This document shows positions 12,716-26,500 of a stretch of DNA of 64,000 nucleotides, in pieces (the stretch's first letter is position 1; every line of letters starts with the position of its first letter). Under the pieces are notes generated by a model. The model made no database searches, was not told the DNA's origin, and saw only the letters and a program-made list of their open reading frames with translations. The translations under genes and the position numbers were made by a program. This stretch comes from Bigelowiella natans CCMP2755 (lineage: Eukaryota > Protista > Cercozoa), in the NCBI GenBank assembly GCA_000320545.1, contig ADNK01000630.1, forward strand, positions 2,460 through 66,459, given 5' to 3'.

Positions 12716-13433
12716 ATGGCCCAAATTTCGAGCAGACTGGTTTGTGGAATCCTCCTCGCGACGATTATGTCCGCTGTGAGCGGTGAAGTTGTGGTAACTG
12801 ATTAGTTATTCAAAGTACGTCTAGCTACGTTAGTCAAATTTAATCATGGTGTTTTACCATCCCTAATGGAGAAGTAATGTAGTCATATCTCTGTTTCAGA
12901 AAGGAACTGTCAACTCTGGCGAAGGATTTGCGTATATTGGCAAATTTTGTTTTGATTACACAAGTATGTTAAACGCCTACTAGTATGATTGTTGCGCTCT
13001 CCTGCCTCTTTGTCTGTTTTGAACCATCTCCCTTGATTATTTACCCACACTGCACCGCCTTTATCAATTTAGAGCCAAAAGCTGAGTCTCCCGTGCATGA
13101 CGGGAGTCAAATGATATTTGATTTGAAGCTTGAGCAACAAGCACATCCATCATCATCATCATCATCATCTGATGCGAAGGATGATGATGGCCTTCGAGTT
13201 TACCTTTATGATGGTAATAATAACCCAATTGCTGTTGTGCTTTGTTGAATGGAATCATTATTCTAATTATACATATTGTATATATATACATATCACATGG
13301 ATTCTGCTACCTCCCCTTGTTTTCTCAGACGAAGTAATGAGCTGGCCTTCAATCTATCAGAAAGGGAAATCCTGTGAGGAAAAGGTGAGAAGAAGAAGAA
13401 TCAAGGGGTGATAGAAGAATGTAATACGTGAAA

Positions 13434-13504
<71 letters not shown>

Positions 13505-13969
13505 GATGATGGCTGCAGCATGCTGTGCGATAAGCACAACGATATTGATTGGCACATTAGCGAATACATTTAATATTGACATTGAAATATTACGTCGTCT
13601 TTTTCTCCTTTTTGTTCTTCCCCTTGTTCTTCTTCTTTATTACTTTTGATGCTAAGATTACGGCTGCCAAGAATTCTGCGAGCAGGAAGTATGCTGTTCA
13701 ATTCGACAAGGAAGGTAAAACAAGCCTAGAAGCAGTAGCAATAGCTGTGATAGTTGTGATGGTGATGATGATGATGATGATGATGATAATGATGTTGACA
13801 ATTGTTGGCTGCTTGTGTAAAAATAAATAAATATTGTAACACCAGATACCACAGCCTTTTACTCCTTAATACGTAACTCACTCATATTTTCTTCTTCTTC
13901 TTCTTCTTCTTAGGCAAGTGGGAGATGTCTCGTATCCATGTCCATGAGCATTTGAGGCCTAGATTCTGG

Positions 13970-14004
<35 letters not shown>

Positions 14005-14265
14005 AGTAGGTGTAGTAGTAGTAAGCAACAATTAATAAGTCCACACACTGTTGTCGCAAACATACAATCTCCTTTTGCTTTCATTCGTATAGCACCATCA
14101 TCCATAAACACTATGTTGTTCTTTTGTACGTCTCATCAACCCCTGCTGCTTCTCTCCTCCCTCTTCCTGTATTGTTCTACACTAGGTATGTTGTAGTTGC
14201 AAATTGTAAGGGACTTACAGCAGATATCAAATACGAGGCATCCTTCATCAATCAGGTCTCAGTGA

Positions 14266-14303
<38 letters not shown>

Positions 14304-14373
14304 ATAGCTGCTTACTACTACTACATGTAGTCCAATTAAATGCTCTATGTATGCGTATGCGTATGCACATAGA

Positions 14374-14405
<32 letters not shown>

Positions 14406-14703
14406 AAAGTATTTGGTGTCGTCGTGTATATATATACTACTTCTACTATCAAAGGGAGGACTTTGGAGAAAACAGTTTGGTGTGAATGAACAAGGACTTA
14501 ATCTGCTAGCAACGTCCTTCTTCCTAACTTACTTGGTAAACCAATCTATCTCTTTTGTATAGAAGTAATGTGATTACAATGTATCTAATTTGCAATGGTA
14601 GTTTATATCCACTTGACCTCTTCTTCTCCTAATATCACCATTGCCTATCGTTATGAGACTTCTTTCTCCTCCTCTTCTGCGGTGACGATGGTTTTACGTG
14701 TGC

Positions 14704-14742
<39 letters not shown>

Positions 14743-14935
14743 GGTGTTGTTGTTATCTAGATTCTAATCGGTATCCATATGAGAAACATCGCTGAGTATA
14801 TCCGCAAAGACATTCACCATCCGGTAAAATTAGAAGCAGGGAGAGAGAGAGAGAACGAAAATATCACGACGTGTTTTAAAAATCCCCTTCTTCATTTTCT
14901 GTGGTACTACTCTGACCAGCGTGTGCTCACCATCG

Positions 14936-14971
<36 letters not shown>

Positions 14972-16401
14972 CCATCTCACAGGACCTAATATCATCATTA
15001 TCTTCGCGTGTATTTGTTGCAATGCTGCTTACTGGTGTAATCACTGTTACTTGATTATATTAGCTTATTGAGCTTTTAACCATTTCTCTCCTCTCCCAGG
15101 TAGTACACTGGTTTGTGTTAGATCTTACATGGTGCTGTCTTTCAATAAATATATGTGTGGTGGTTCCCTTCCCGTCTCCTCCTCCTCCTCCTCCTTCTCC
15201 TCCTCCTCCTCCCTTCTAAAAGATTATATTTCTATATCTGCAATAATAAGCGTTTTCATTGTCTCCCTCTCCCTCTCTCTCTATTACCTTCAGGGGATGA
15301 GCTTCATGCTCAGTTCTTTGCATTATGTTCTTTTCACGTTTGATGGAGAAGGAGTGCAAATTGCCAACTCTCTTTCAGAATGTATTATTATTATTATTAT
15401 TAGTAGTAGTAGTAGTAGTAGCAGCATCACCTGTAACAACGAATTAGAGGAGGATGGTGCAGCGACAACAACAACACCTACTGAAGATGATGATGATAAA
15501 GAAGAAGAAGAAAAAGAATAAGACGCAAAAGAAGAAGAATCATCAACGTAGTCGGAAAAGTAAAGTAGGGAGGAGGGAGAGTGTTAATATATATGCCATT
15601 TACCTTGCATACAGCAGCAACAACAACAATGCCAGATGATTGATAGATGCTACTATGTAGTGTTAGCAATTGTGTCTCGGATGGCTCTCATAGTTCTCCT
15701 CATTCTAATAGCTCAAGGTGCTGCTACTGCTGCTGCTGATGCTGATGATGATGATGCGTGTGGTGTTACTAGTTACTATCACTAGTGAATAAGTGAAAGA
15801 TGTCACCTTCAATATGATGATGACGAGTATCATTTGTGAGTGCAAGTGCTGATAATTCGCTGTTGACTGTGCTTTTGGGTGTGAATTCATCATCATCATC
15901 ATCATCATCACCATCACCATCACCATCACCATCATCATCATCATCACCATCACCATCACCATCATCATCATCATCATCACCATCACCATCATTATCACAT
16001 GATTGTCACCAGGATGGGGAACAGTCAAACTGGGTATTTCGTACCGAGAAGCAATCTTTGTAATCACATCAACATAGTAGTAGTAGTAGTAGTAGTAGTA
16101 GCAGCAGCAGTTGCATTAGTAGCACCATTAACATGTCTAGTAGCATTAAAAAAGATGACAGTAAAAGGAAGAAGAAGTAGAAGTAGATGTTCGTGGTAAA
16201 TGATACCTCATCACTGGTGTTACTTTGTTTTGCAATGAGAGAAATCGACGTAGTTCCATGGAGATCTACTAATGTCCAATACGTGATATCAACAACGACA
16301 ACAACAATGATAGCAATAACAATACTGCTTACTCAGGGGCTGCTAGGAGGGTTTCTGTGCAGCTACCTAATGCTACTGCTATGGGATATAAGATACAGGT
16401 G

Positions 16402-16434
<33 letters not shown>

Positions 16435-18087
16435 GGGTGACTATCATCCAATCATCTCTTGCGAGGAGGAGGAGTATCAGAATGAGGAGAAACAAAAAAA
16501 TAGTAATAAACGTAGGCCATCTAATTCTTTTGCCTTCATTCTTCTTTTAGAACCAAGATATATTTATATGTATATCTCTATTATGAAGAACAATTAAAGC
16601 AGCCACAGCAATAACACACACTGTAATGACTGGAGAACGATGATGATCCTACATAAGAATAAAGATTAATAATGAAACGAGTAATCAATGATGAGAGGAG
16701 ACAAGAACGTGATGCCTTGATCTATTATCATACATTAGGGATCCAGCTTCCACATTATATCTATATGAAAGCATACCTGGGTAATAATTAATAAAAACAA
16801 TAATATTATTAATAATAATTACGACAATAATAGCGGAAACACAACGATATAGATCAGCGACAACAACATAATGCTGGATGATACCCGACGTAGAAGATAT
16901 ATGCATTAGAAGAAATAATAGTAATGATAAGTACGAAATAATAGCCAGTAAAAAAGAAAGGAAATCATAAATATAGTAATAGCCTTTTGGTAAGAAGCTT
17001 ATCGTCGTCGTTTATCATCACAGTTGCATTATTTTTCCACCAGGGCTTTGATACTGACTCTTGATATTGGTGCTACAATATGGTTCGTCGTCTCGATGTA
17101 TAGCACCCTGAAGGTAGTAATGAAATGTATTATGGATTATCTATGTTCCCTAATAGTGAAAGTGGGTGCGTGGTGAGGATAAGTGCAATTATCGATGATT
17201 CTTGCGTGATGTATAGCTGCTTTCGATTATATGGTGTAAAAGAAGAAGAAGAAGAAGAAGGGTATAGCTGGTGGAAATTGACACATCATCACAGATTTTG
17301 TTACCTACCATTTGACTTATTTATCACTTTTCTCTCTCCGGCCACCATTTTCAATATCTGTTTCCTACTACCACTACTACTATTACTACTACTACCACTA
17401 CTATATCCATTGGTTAGCTGCAGAATATCAGGGCCAACAAGAAGTCCTTCCTCAAAAGCATTGGTTGGAAGAAAGTTGCATTTTACACAGTAGAAGTAGA
17501 AGTAGTAGTCTGAGAACATTAATGATAGACTATTTGTGGAATATCTTCGTCTTCTTAGTCCTCTCCTACACGAATCATCATAAATACACTTCCGTCTCCA
17601 CAACCATATTTAGCCCTTCGACTTTCAGTGGTGCTGCATTTGCTGCTGATTCTAGACTCCTTGTCCTCTTTCCCCGCCTCTCCTTACTATTCCGTTGCAA
17701 TGATTTGTTGTCAGGTTTCGTTTACATTTGGTATATGGTGAGTATGCCAGTCATCGTAGCTGCTGCGTGCTTCCTTCTCAAGCCCTGGGTAGTAGTTGTA
17801 ATTATAGCAGTCGTACTAATCTTTGTGAATCACATCCTGATGTTGATGCTCATATTCATCTTTAGCCATCACTCATTGTGCTACTGCTGCTAATCAATGG
17901 CTTGCTGTTTGACTCAATATTTTCTTTTTGACCGTTGATTCATTGTTGTCTTCTCCTCAAGATCCGAGAAAAAACTGTTGGTTCTCTCAATTCCATCGTT
18001 ACTTGGTATTTGTTATCATTTTTGCCCGATGATAATGTCTGCTGATGACTCTTGATGTTAGCGCAGTGGCCATATTATTGAGCTAAA

Positions 18088-18121
<34 letters not shown>

Positions 18122-18469
18122 GTGCTGATGCTTGGAGTTCTTTATTATGTGAATTCTACACAAAAACAAACACTTTTGTTTCGTAATTGATAGTTTCGCA
18201 CATTTGGGGCTTTTATTCCTCTTCTGGCCTTCACGTGTACAGAGCTACTTCGAGATAAAGGTTATTGCATATTATGACTGATGCTCAGAACAAAAAATAG
18301 GTCCCTTCCCCCACTATATTCGATAACTACACTACTGTTGTTGTGACAAATAATTTATCTATGCTAAAATACTATCACACTCTCTCAGGGTTCTGAGTTT
18401 GTTAAGGGGCCAGACAAAATATCAGCATGTAATGATTCTGAGCATGAGGAAGAAGAATCTCTACTTTAA
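12716..18469 (+). CDS. TMEM145/GPR180-like (GOLD-like ectodomain plus 7TM) membrane protein
   Basis: Signal peptide MAQISSRLVCGILLATIMSAVSG, FAYIGKFCFD, WPSIY..SCEEK, RPRFWYVVVANC, KQFGVNEQG, LHYVLFTFDGEG; ends ...EHEEEESLL*. Many microsatellite-filled introns. Confidence 0.8.
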
Positions 18470-18589
18470 TTGGCGCTATCTAGCTATAAAAGATTGCAGT
18501 GCTTTACATGTCATGTACCGAAGTATCATGTAGCTTGCAAGTTTATGGAGAATTAAGAACTTATGTAGATTGATCATCCACATGTGAAT

Positions 18590-18960
18590 GACGGTGTTTT
18601 AAAGCGTGACCACAAATGATGCAATGTGCATGATCAATGGAGTCAAATTGTCAGCTAATCTCGAGATCTGGAACAACATCAGCAAGTGACCACATGTAGA
18701 CATTCATGTCAAGCTAGCTAGCTAGCTAGCTAGCTAGACACATGCTAGCATGTCTGAGTGCATGGCATGTGATCACTGTTTTCCATGTGGCTGCGTGGCA
18801 GATGGTTTGATGCAGGAGACTTTGCATTGTGCTATCTAGCTATGCACGCGCTCGCACAGGTTGAATTGTGCAAATTGTGCACATCCACAATGTCCATGTC
18901 GCACATGTGTACGCATGCTTGAATGCTAGCATGTGTGCAGGCGCATAACAGTCGTTGTCC
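18590..18960. other. TpA-poor, CTAG-rich intergenic tract including an (AGCT)n run
   Basis: Most residual TA lies in CTAG (e.g. the agctagct run at about 18712-18737); TGCA/CATG are abundant. Lies between convergent gene ends. Confidence 0.75.
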
Positions 18961-19129
18961 ATGACAATATGTGCACTGTCCAAAGTGTACGTCTTGCTTG
19001 TACATTGCTATGCAAACATGGTCGTTGCCTTAACGAATTACGGGGCTAGGATGCACAATGTCTCTTAATCTGTTACATAATACGGTCGCGGTGGAATGTA
19101 TATCTGAGAAGCAGGTCTGAGTTCTTCAT

Positions 19130-22100
19130 TCAGCGCGCGAGCACGATTGCATCTGAATGCAAGGGTTTCTCAGACATGTAGTAAATCGGTGTAAAGTATT
19201 GAGTGTTCTGACCTGTGTGACACCTCAACCTTTCCTCTTTCCCATGTAACCTCACCCTTTCCCCAAAGTAAGAGGAAGCTACGACCGTTGCTCGTCTAAT
19301 TAGACAACAATGTATGATTCTGCTGGTAACTTTATTAGCAAATATCAAACATCGGACATTCGAATTGCTAGGAGCCACTATATGGGCAAGAATCTCAAGG
19401 GGAACAAGCATCTACAGAAGAAACATAACTTTCTAGGTTATGTGTTAACTTTACCGCTCTTGCACTATCGTCAACGTTTCCAGCGATGATACGCGCATCC
19501 TCAAAAGGCTATTAAAAAAAGCTCATGAGTAATTGAAAATGAATTTCAGAAATGTTGTCTGGTATACAGTTATTGACTGTGATCCTCCTTTAAGTTCCTA
19601 AGTGAAATATGAAATACTTGTTCAATGGGGCATATACCATCTTTCTTCATAATTTTTAGCTCCTCCTAATGAGAAACAAATTGCCATTTCCGGGTATATA
19701 CAGACATTTACTTGAATCTTTGGGTGAATTATGTTCCAGAGAGCTTTTCCTTGGAAATCATCTTACATACGAAGAATCATTCAATTATTTCCTTAGTGAA
19801 CACATTTACCCGTGGTAAACACAAGACATTCACCTTGTAATAATATAGACAACGCTGATTCATATCTTCTTCCAATAGAAACAGCGTCCTGAGTATTGTA
19901 CATGATATCTAAGTATACTGTACTTTCTGCAACGGAAGAAAATACCGATATAAATTTCTTTCGTACAGGCTCTGGGCAATCTTCCTGAGTAGAGTATTTT
20001 CAACTTAATGGTGATATGCTACATAGCTCAATATATTGTAAAACACCTTCAAATTATTCATTCTGGATGCCTAATGGGATTGGAGAACACACTTAACAAA
20101 CTATCAATAAATAAAAGAAACTATCTACCAGATATTGAAGGGCATTTTCCGCGGCTTCAACAGGACAAGTCTCGCTGGTGCAGGAAAAATAATGTCACAA
20201 TGAGTCAAATACTTCGTGTTATGACAACAATTTTAGGTAAAACACTTACCTATACAGTACTGCCTTTGTACAATGCCACCCGACCTATTTTCCCCACCAA
20301 ATATTATCATTCAACACAGAATATAACATATAAGTTATACTACTTGCTCAAACGGGGAGCGATAATATGAAAGATCTTTGGACCCGCCTCTTCTCCTACA
20401 TAAAGTATCAATCGGAATAAAAAAGGAGACTAGAAATGAATATATTACCTCGGGGACTGCAACGGATTCGAATCGTTTTCTCCAGGAACAGGGATTTCTG
20501 TAACCTAAAATGAGGTCACTTGAAACATTACGTAAATCGAAAGGTATTTACAGAAATACCTTATCTCCTGGTGAATACTCCATTTCAAGTAATACTTTTT
20601 CGTAATACCTTCGAGTTCGATTAAAATGTTAAAATGTGTATTATCAATAATGAGTCAAAGAAGAAATACGCATCATGGACATGAATATAAACTCTTTCAA
20701 GGAGTTCTTATCATACGCTGCGATGTTTAGATGTATTGAAGCTCTTAGTTCGAGTGACATTGTCCTCAGACACGCCTCCTACCAAAGATAAGTCAGCAAT
20801 AACTATTCGTGAGGTAAAAACCATTAATTTTGATGAAACCTGCAACATTGGAGATGTAAACTGTAGCATGGAATATACACCTGTAGTCTCACAGATTATA
20901 CCTGTAATAATCGATATAATAAGGGTTTGAAATCTGTAAAATATGGTCAATATACCCTTTTTCTCCAAGCTTAATAGAGCTGATCCAAATCTATATGCCC
21001 CTCCTCCTTCCACTTCAAAAATGTGGAAAAGAGCTTCCCGGTCAAACTGGACTCCCAAAACACTCGCAAGCTGTTTAAAATATAGAGGCAGATTTCAACA
21101 AACCTAAATTATTTTGAATCAAATCAATTAATTACAACAAGTGAACCTTAGAAACTAGCAGCTCGGAAGCTGGTAAATGATCTAGCCGCATCGTCAAGAG
21201 GGATCTTGAATTTAAAGGTAGTATTTGAACTTTATTTTCAAAATAGGCGAGCAAAATGCTGCCACCTTATGCTCGTTGGTAGTTTAAGATTACGCAAGAT
21301 GACCTTAAAGAATTGAATACATTCATATGTATTATATATATTATTTTTCAATTTATTTAATGGGATTACCCCTTTAGCTAGTATACATGTACCAAGTCGT
21401 CCAGTTGTAGAGGATGACTTTTTGGTATGGGGAAAATTACAGTTATTTTAGAAACAAGCGTTCATGTATTATGAATTTTGATACAACCGATGTCTCTTTG
21501 TATTCCAACATGCCACGGTCTGATAGAGTTCTCACAACTTCTACACAGACGAATGGATTGCCTTTGGAGTATCTATATGATTGAAAATTAATGCCTAAGC
21601 TTTGCATTGTATAAGTTTACTGAGTGAATTTGCTCTACTTGTTCACGAATTCCACGATAGAAGGATCGATGTTCACACATCTGAGTTAAGGTATGCATTG
21701 CACTGAATGTGTACATATACACATATGTATGTGTCTGTATAAATTAATAATTATATACACATTTATATATTACATTGAATATACTTTATTTCTAAAACTA
21801 TGTACTATTCCGCACTCAAAGGTTTCTTCTACTTTCCTATTGAGAAAAATCCCTACCTTAAACGTTGACACAATAAAGCATCCACATATTTCTTCTCTTC
21901 CAGCCCACCCAGGGACATCTAAAATAGGACAACATTCCAGAAAATTGTGCAGAAGTTTATTTTATGTTGACATTGATGCTCTTACATGGATTCCTCCTCT
22001 TCTGACAAATTGCTCAATATCCGGTTGTATTTGTATTAGAAGGGATGAGGTAGTCACAGTTGTTCCACCAGAACCGGAACGATTGCCGCGAACAGGGGCA

Positions 22101-23452
22101 GCAAGACTTTTGACGCTTGAAAGGTCCGTAGACATTAGACTTGCAACCTTTGGTGCTGTGCGCGAGTTTAAAGACGGCGAAAGATTTTCGGGCTCCAACG
22201 GAGCAGATAATGGAGCATCATCTTCACTGTAAATAATGCATATCTTTTTCGGATGGTCTATGAGGACACTGTATTCTAAAAGAACACTGTATCGTACCTT
22301 TCTCTCGATGTAATTACTGTTATTGTTCCATCAATTTGACTCTATATATGATGAAACTATGAATTACTGTAGCTCTTATGTTCTATCCAACCGTCCAAAC
22401 CCGTATCTCCATAAGTAGGCGCCATGAAGCTAGATCAAACCTGTATTATTTTCCCTTTATACCCTTGCGATGTAAAGTGCACCCTTGCGATGTAAAGTGT
22501 TTTCATATCGTGCCATGATACCATTGAATGTCCTCAAGAATCCATACGCAACCTTCAGAACACTTGAACTAAGAGAACAATTTGTCAGCTATTTGAGTTG
22601 AGCATTCTCATGTAGAACCTTCAAAATCCTTGCAAGTAGTGTCTCAATGGTTACTGGTTCAGAATCCCACTGGAGTACATACCCATCAATTATCTGAATT
22701 TTTATTGAAAGTAGATTCGATTACATTTTCTTCATATAGCGACTTCGTTGAGGAGGTTCCAGAAGTCGGATAAGTATTCGCAGAATTTCTACTCTTTACA
22801 ACCGGTGATGTTTTCCTTGTACTTAATGTATATTAACTTACATCGAACTCACTATGTCAAAACGATTTACTTACATTTTACCCCCCTTGGTTGAATTGCT
22901 ATCTCTTTCTAGTCTGAACAATGAGCACTCTGTTATACTGCCTCGACATGACGGATTCAAAAACGCAACAATCACTCAAAATATCAGACTTCTCAGGAAC
23001 ATCCTCCCCAAAGAATCTCTGCAACTTTCTCCTATTTTGATTGAATGAAGTTGTTGAATTTAAACAAACTTAAAACGACAAATAGGACCTGGACTTATTA
23101 GAAGTAGCTGGATCTCTGCCAAAGAAATATTCCAAATTCCTGGAGAACAAGCAATTCCTCGTCAACATATTCTAGAGTGACATATTTTGCGTACAAATAT
23201 TTTATCTTACTTTCCATGACTGTGATAAACTGGAAACTCGACTCCAAAGATTCTGATTTAATTTAGTAATATAACTCTGACTTAGAGAGATTCATGATAC
23301 TACCCATTGAGTTTGTGTAATTGCTGTATCATTTCCTGAATAAGGTAGATGGATTCAGATTCCTAAATCGAATCCATGAGGGAAACTTACCAGATTGATG
23401 CTGGCATCGAAACAGTCTGAAATCAACTGACAGTCCACAAATTTAGATACAC

Positions 23453-23500
<48 letters not shown>

Positions 23501-26500
23501 GTGTATATATTGTCAATTAGACGTTTTATAAACCTGCATATGCGTGTCCATATCTGGAGCAGCATCGAGTTCGAGCATATTGGAAATAAGGATCTAAAAT
23601 CGAAATAACAATGAGTCTATATCCAGCATTGATAACTATCAAATGGAAACCTTTACAGCATGGTATGGCTCCGAAGCATATGCAGCATCACCCGCAACGT
23701 AGTATGTATCTTAATTCGATTTATATCATTAAATCTTTACACTCGAATGCTTTCGAACAACACATACCAAAGTTAACTCGTGCAAGTCCATAGAACTTGG
23801 ACACCAATGCTGATTTTCCCACCCCAGGTGCCCCAGATATCCAGAATCCAAACCTCCCAACCTTAAATAAATCATTAATATCGTATACTTGTTTCTCCGT
23901 AAGTTGAAAGTATCCCAATTAAATAACCTCTTCTTCATTTATACACGACTTTGCATCGTCTACTTTAGACGGCTTGAAGCGTCGATCAACTCGAGATCCT
24001 TATATATTTCACTTCTTTATATTCAGTTAAATTTCTAGAGACCAGACAGACCTGGTTGCATAGAAACTGATTGTGATTTTCTGAAGTACTCTCGTCGCTT
24101 CATCTATTTGGTAGGTCAAAGAGCACTGTGATACAAGAAGTTTCTTTAGCATTCTATTCTGGAATACCCTTGCATTGATTGACCCAATTCCCATGGATGT
24201 CCTAGTCTAGGAAATAGAATCACGTTAGATGATTTGACATGAATATGAATATTGTTTTTATAACCCTTGATTTGAATCTTGACGAAGGTTTTTGAGGTCC
24301 TTGTAGGGAATTTTTCTTGAGAAATTCTTTCAATTTGAAAACCTACCAATTAGCGCTTATAAATAATATGCATCCACAGGGTTTGGAAATTTATCTGGTA
24401 CGGCAATGCTAAACTCCTTAAGCTCTTTTTGTCTGATGATAATTGTAAATTCTATTGCAAAATTCTGATGGAGACTCAATGATTGTTCGGCACCTTCCTA
24501 AAAGCTGTTTATGAGTACTGAGAGCCGAGGCTCGGCTCAATCCTTCTGGATGGTAAACCTAAGTAACAACTTTATCAGCTGCCTCTGCGAAAGAAAGGAG
24601 ATTAATCTACCTGGATTAACTTATTTTTCCCTTTTACTTTCAGTTCTTTTACCTATAGAGAAGGTGTAAGTGTCATTAGCATATGAATTAATCTTATCAC
24701 GGAATACCCATCTGAATTGAATCGTTGTCTTTGCTAAAGCATGAGTATTTTCTTCAACCCATATTGAATTTGCAGGAACCTGTAAAACTGATCTTAATAT
24801 ATCAAGTAAATACTATTTAATTACACGAAACTTTGTTTGAGAGACGAGCTGCTGTATTGACGGTATCCCCAACCTTAAAAAGGTGTAAGTGTAAGAGCGA
24901 AGCTTAGCATTAAGGAAAGGTGATTTTTATTTAATTGATTCATACCACAGCATGTTCATGCCGAACATGGCTTCCTGGATACAACTAGGTTCAGACCAAT
25001 AGAGAAACCAGGATGGTAAGAGTGCATGAGAACCTACACTCCCCACATAAACATCGCCAGTCGCTATCCCAATTCCATGTTGAATATCTACCGAATAGAA
25101 AAACTTGAGACCTTTACACTTAAATCTTTCAAAATGATTACGTATGCCATTTAGCATATCTTTCACTTCCATCGCAGTTTTGACCGCACGCACTGCATTG
25201 TTCTCCTAAGATTATTTTGAAGCGAAATGTCACATCTGATTAAAATTTCAAATTTATATTCCAATAACAAGAAGCTTACCCAGGTAAATGGAGGTACTCC
25301 AAATACTACTATCAGAACTGTTCCTTTATCATCCACGCAAAATTGTCTAAGATACCCTTGGTTTTGTTGTATGATTTGTTGCATCTTTCTTAAGGCATTA
25401 TCCACTCTCCTGATAGAAAATAATTGGCTAAGAGCTGACTGAAAATCATAATATTGTTGAACAAGCTCGCAATACCGAATGACAATAAGATCATTGCAAC
25501 CGCTGTAGTTCAGTGCCAGCCCCTACATTCGTATATACAATTTTTAAGTTATATTATAAAGCGTCCAAATATGCCCAACCTTAAGATTTATAAATATTGC
25601 AGTAGAACGCCTCAATTCAGCGAGCCATTTATCTCCTATTCCGCTGCGCAACTACAAGAATAAATATAATTTCGTATAAAATATGGATAAAATAATATAA
25701 AAAAGTCACACCTTTTCTCTTACGGGTATGGGTACATAAGGTTCAATGCGAGCAGCCACTATTGGACTTAAAATCTACGTGAAAATTGTAGATGTGTTGA
25801 TTTTGAATCCAATTTAAGCGAAATAAAATGATGTGTGAGTCTATCTATTAGCAAATTACCAAGGCCTGGTTCGGAATAACCTGGAATGAACTTCAATGTC
25901 AGTTTGTTGTATCTAATATAAACGACTACAATTGACACATGAGGAATTGCACCTTGACGGAATGTATGATGTTCAGCACTTTGATATTCAGAATATTTTG
26001 ATCTGGAAAAACGATTAACCGCTTTTGATATTTTATACTCTTCGAATCTTTTTCAAAATGGATTTAACCATGCTTTTTTAGAGGTAAGGAAACAGGAACT
26101 CCTTGACAATGTATCTGAACTCGAGACCATACCTTTTGATTTACTGATTATTTTACATATTTTATTTAAGTATTAAATTATATACCTCAGGTGATACAAC
26201 GGCGTCGCCTGTTTTACTAGCGTCAACCTATTTGTAGATGTTATCAATGGCTTTGAACCATATCATTGTTTTTGTCTAATAATTGAGACCGCAGTCTGTA
26301 ATTGCCGGAACGCATCTCCAGCGACAAGGAATTCCCACTGTAGATTGCAAGGGGAACGGGAGTTGTCACAGATAGTTGGATGAAAAGCAAATCGAATCAT
26401 ATGTGACCTGGTTATCATTTCCTCCCAAATGCAGAGCATATACATCTGAGAATCCCTGCAATTAAAATGGTCTTACATCGTTATTTTTATATATTGCTGT

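Noticed and set aside
13349-17893. ORFs with YIYIYI, poly-M, poly-V or poly-Y runs
   Set aside because: These are translations of intronic microsatellites within the TMEM145-like gene.
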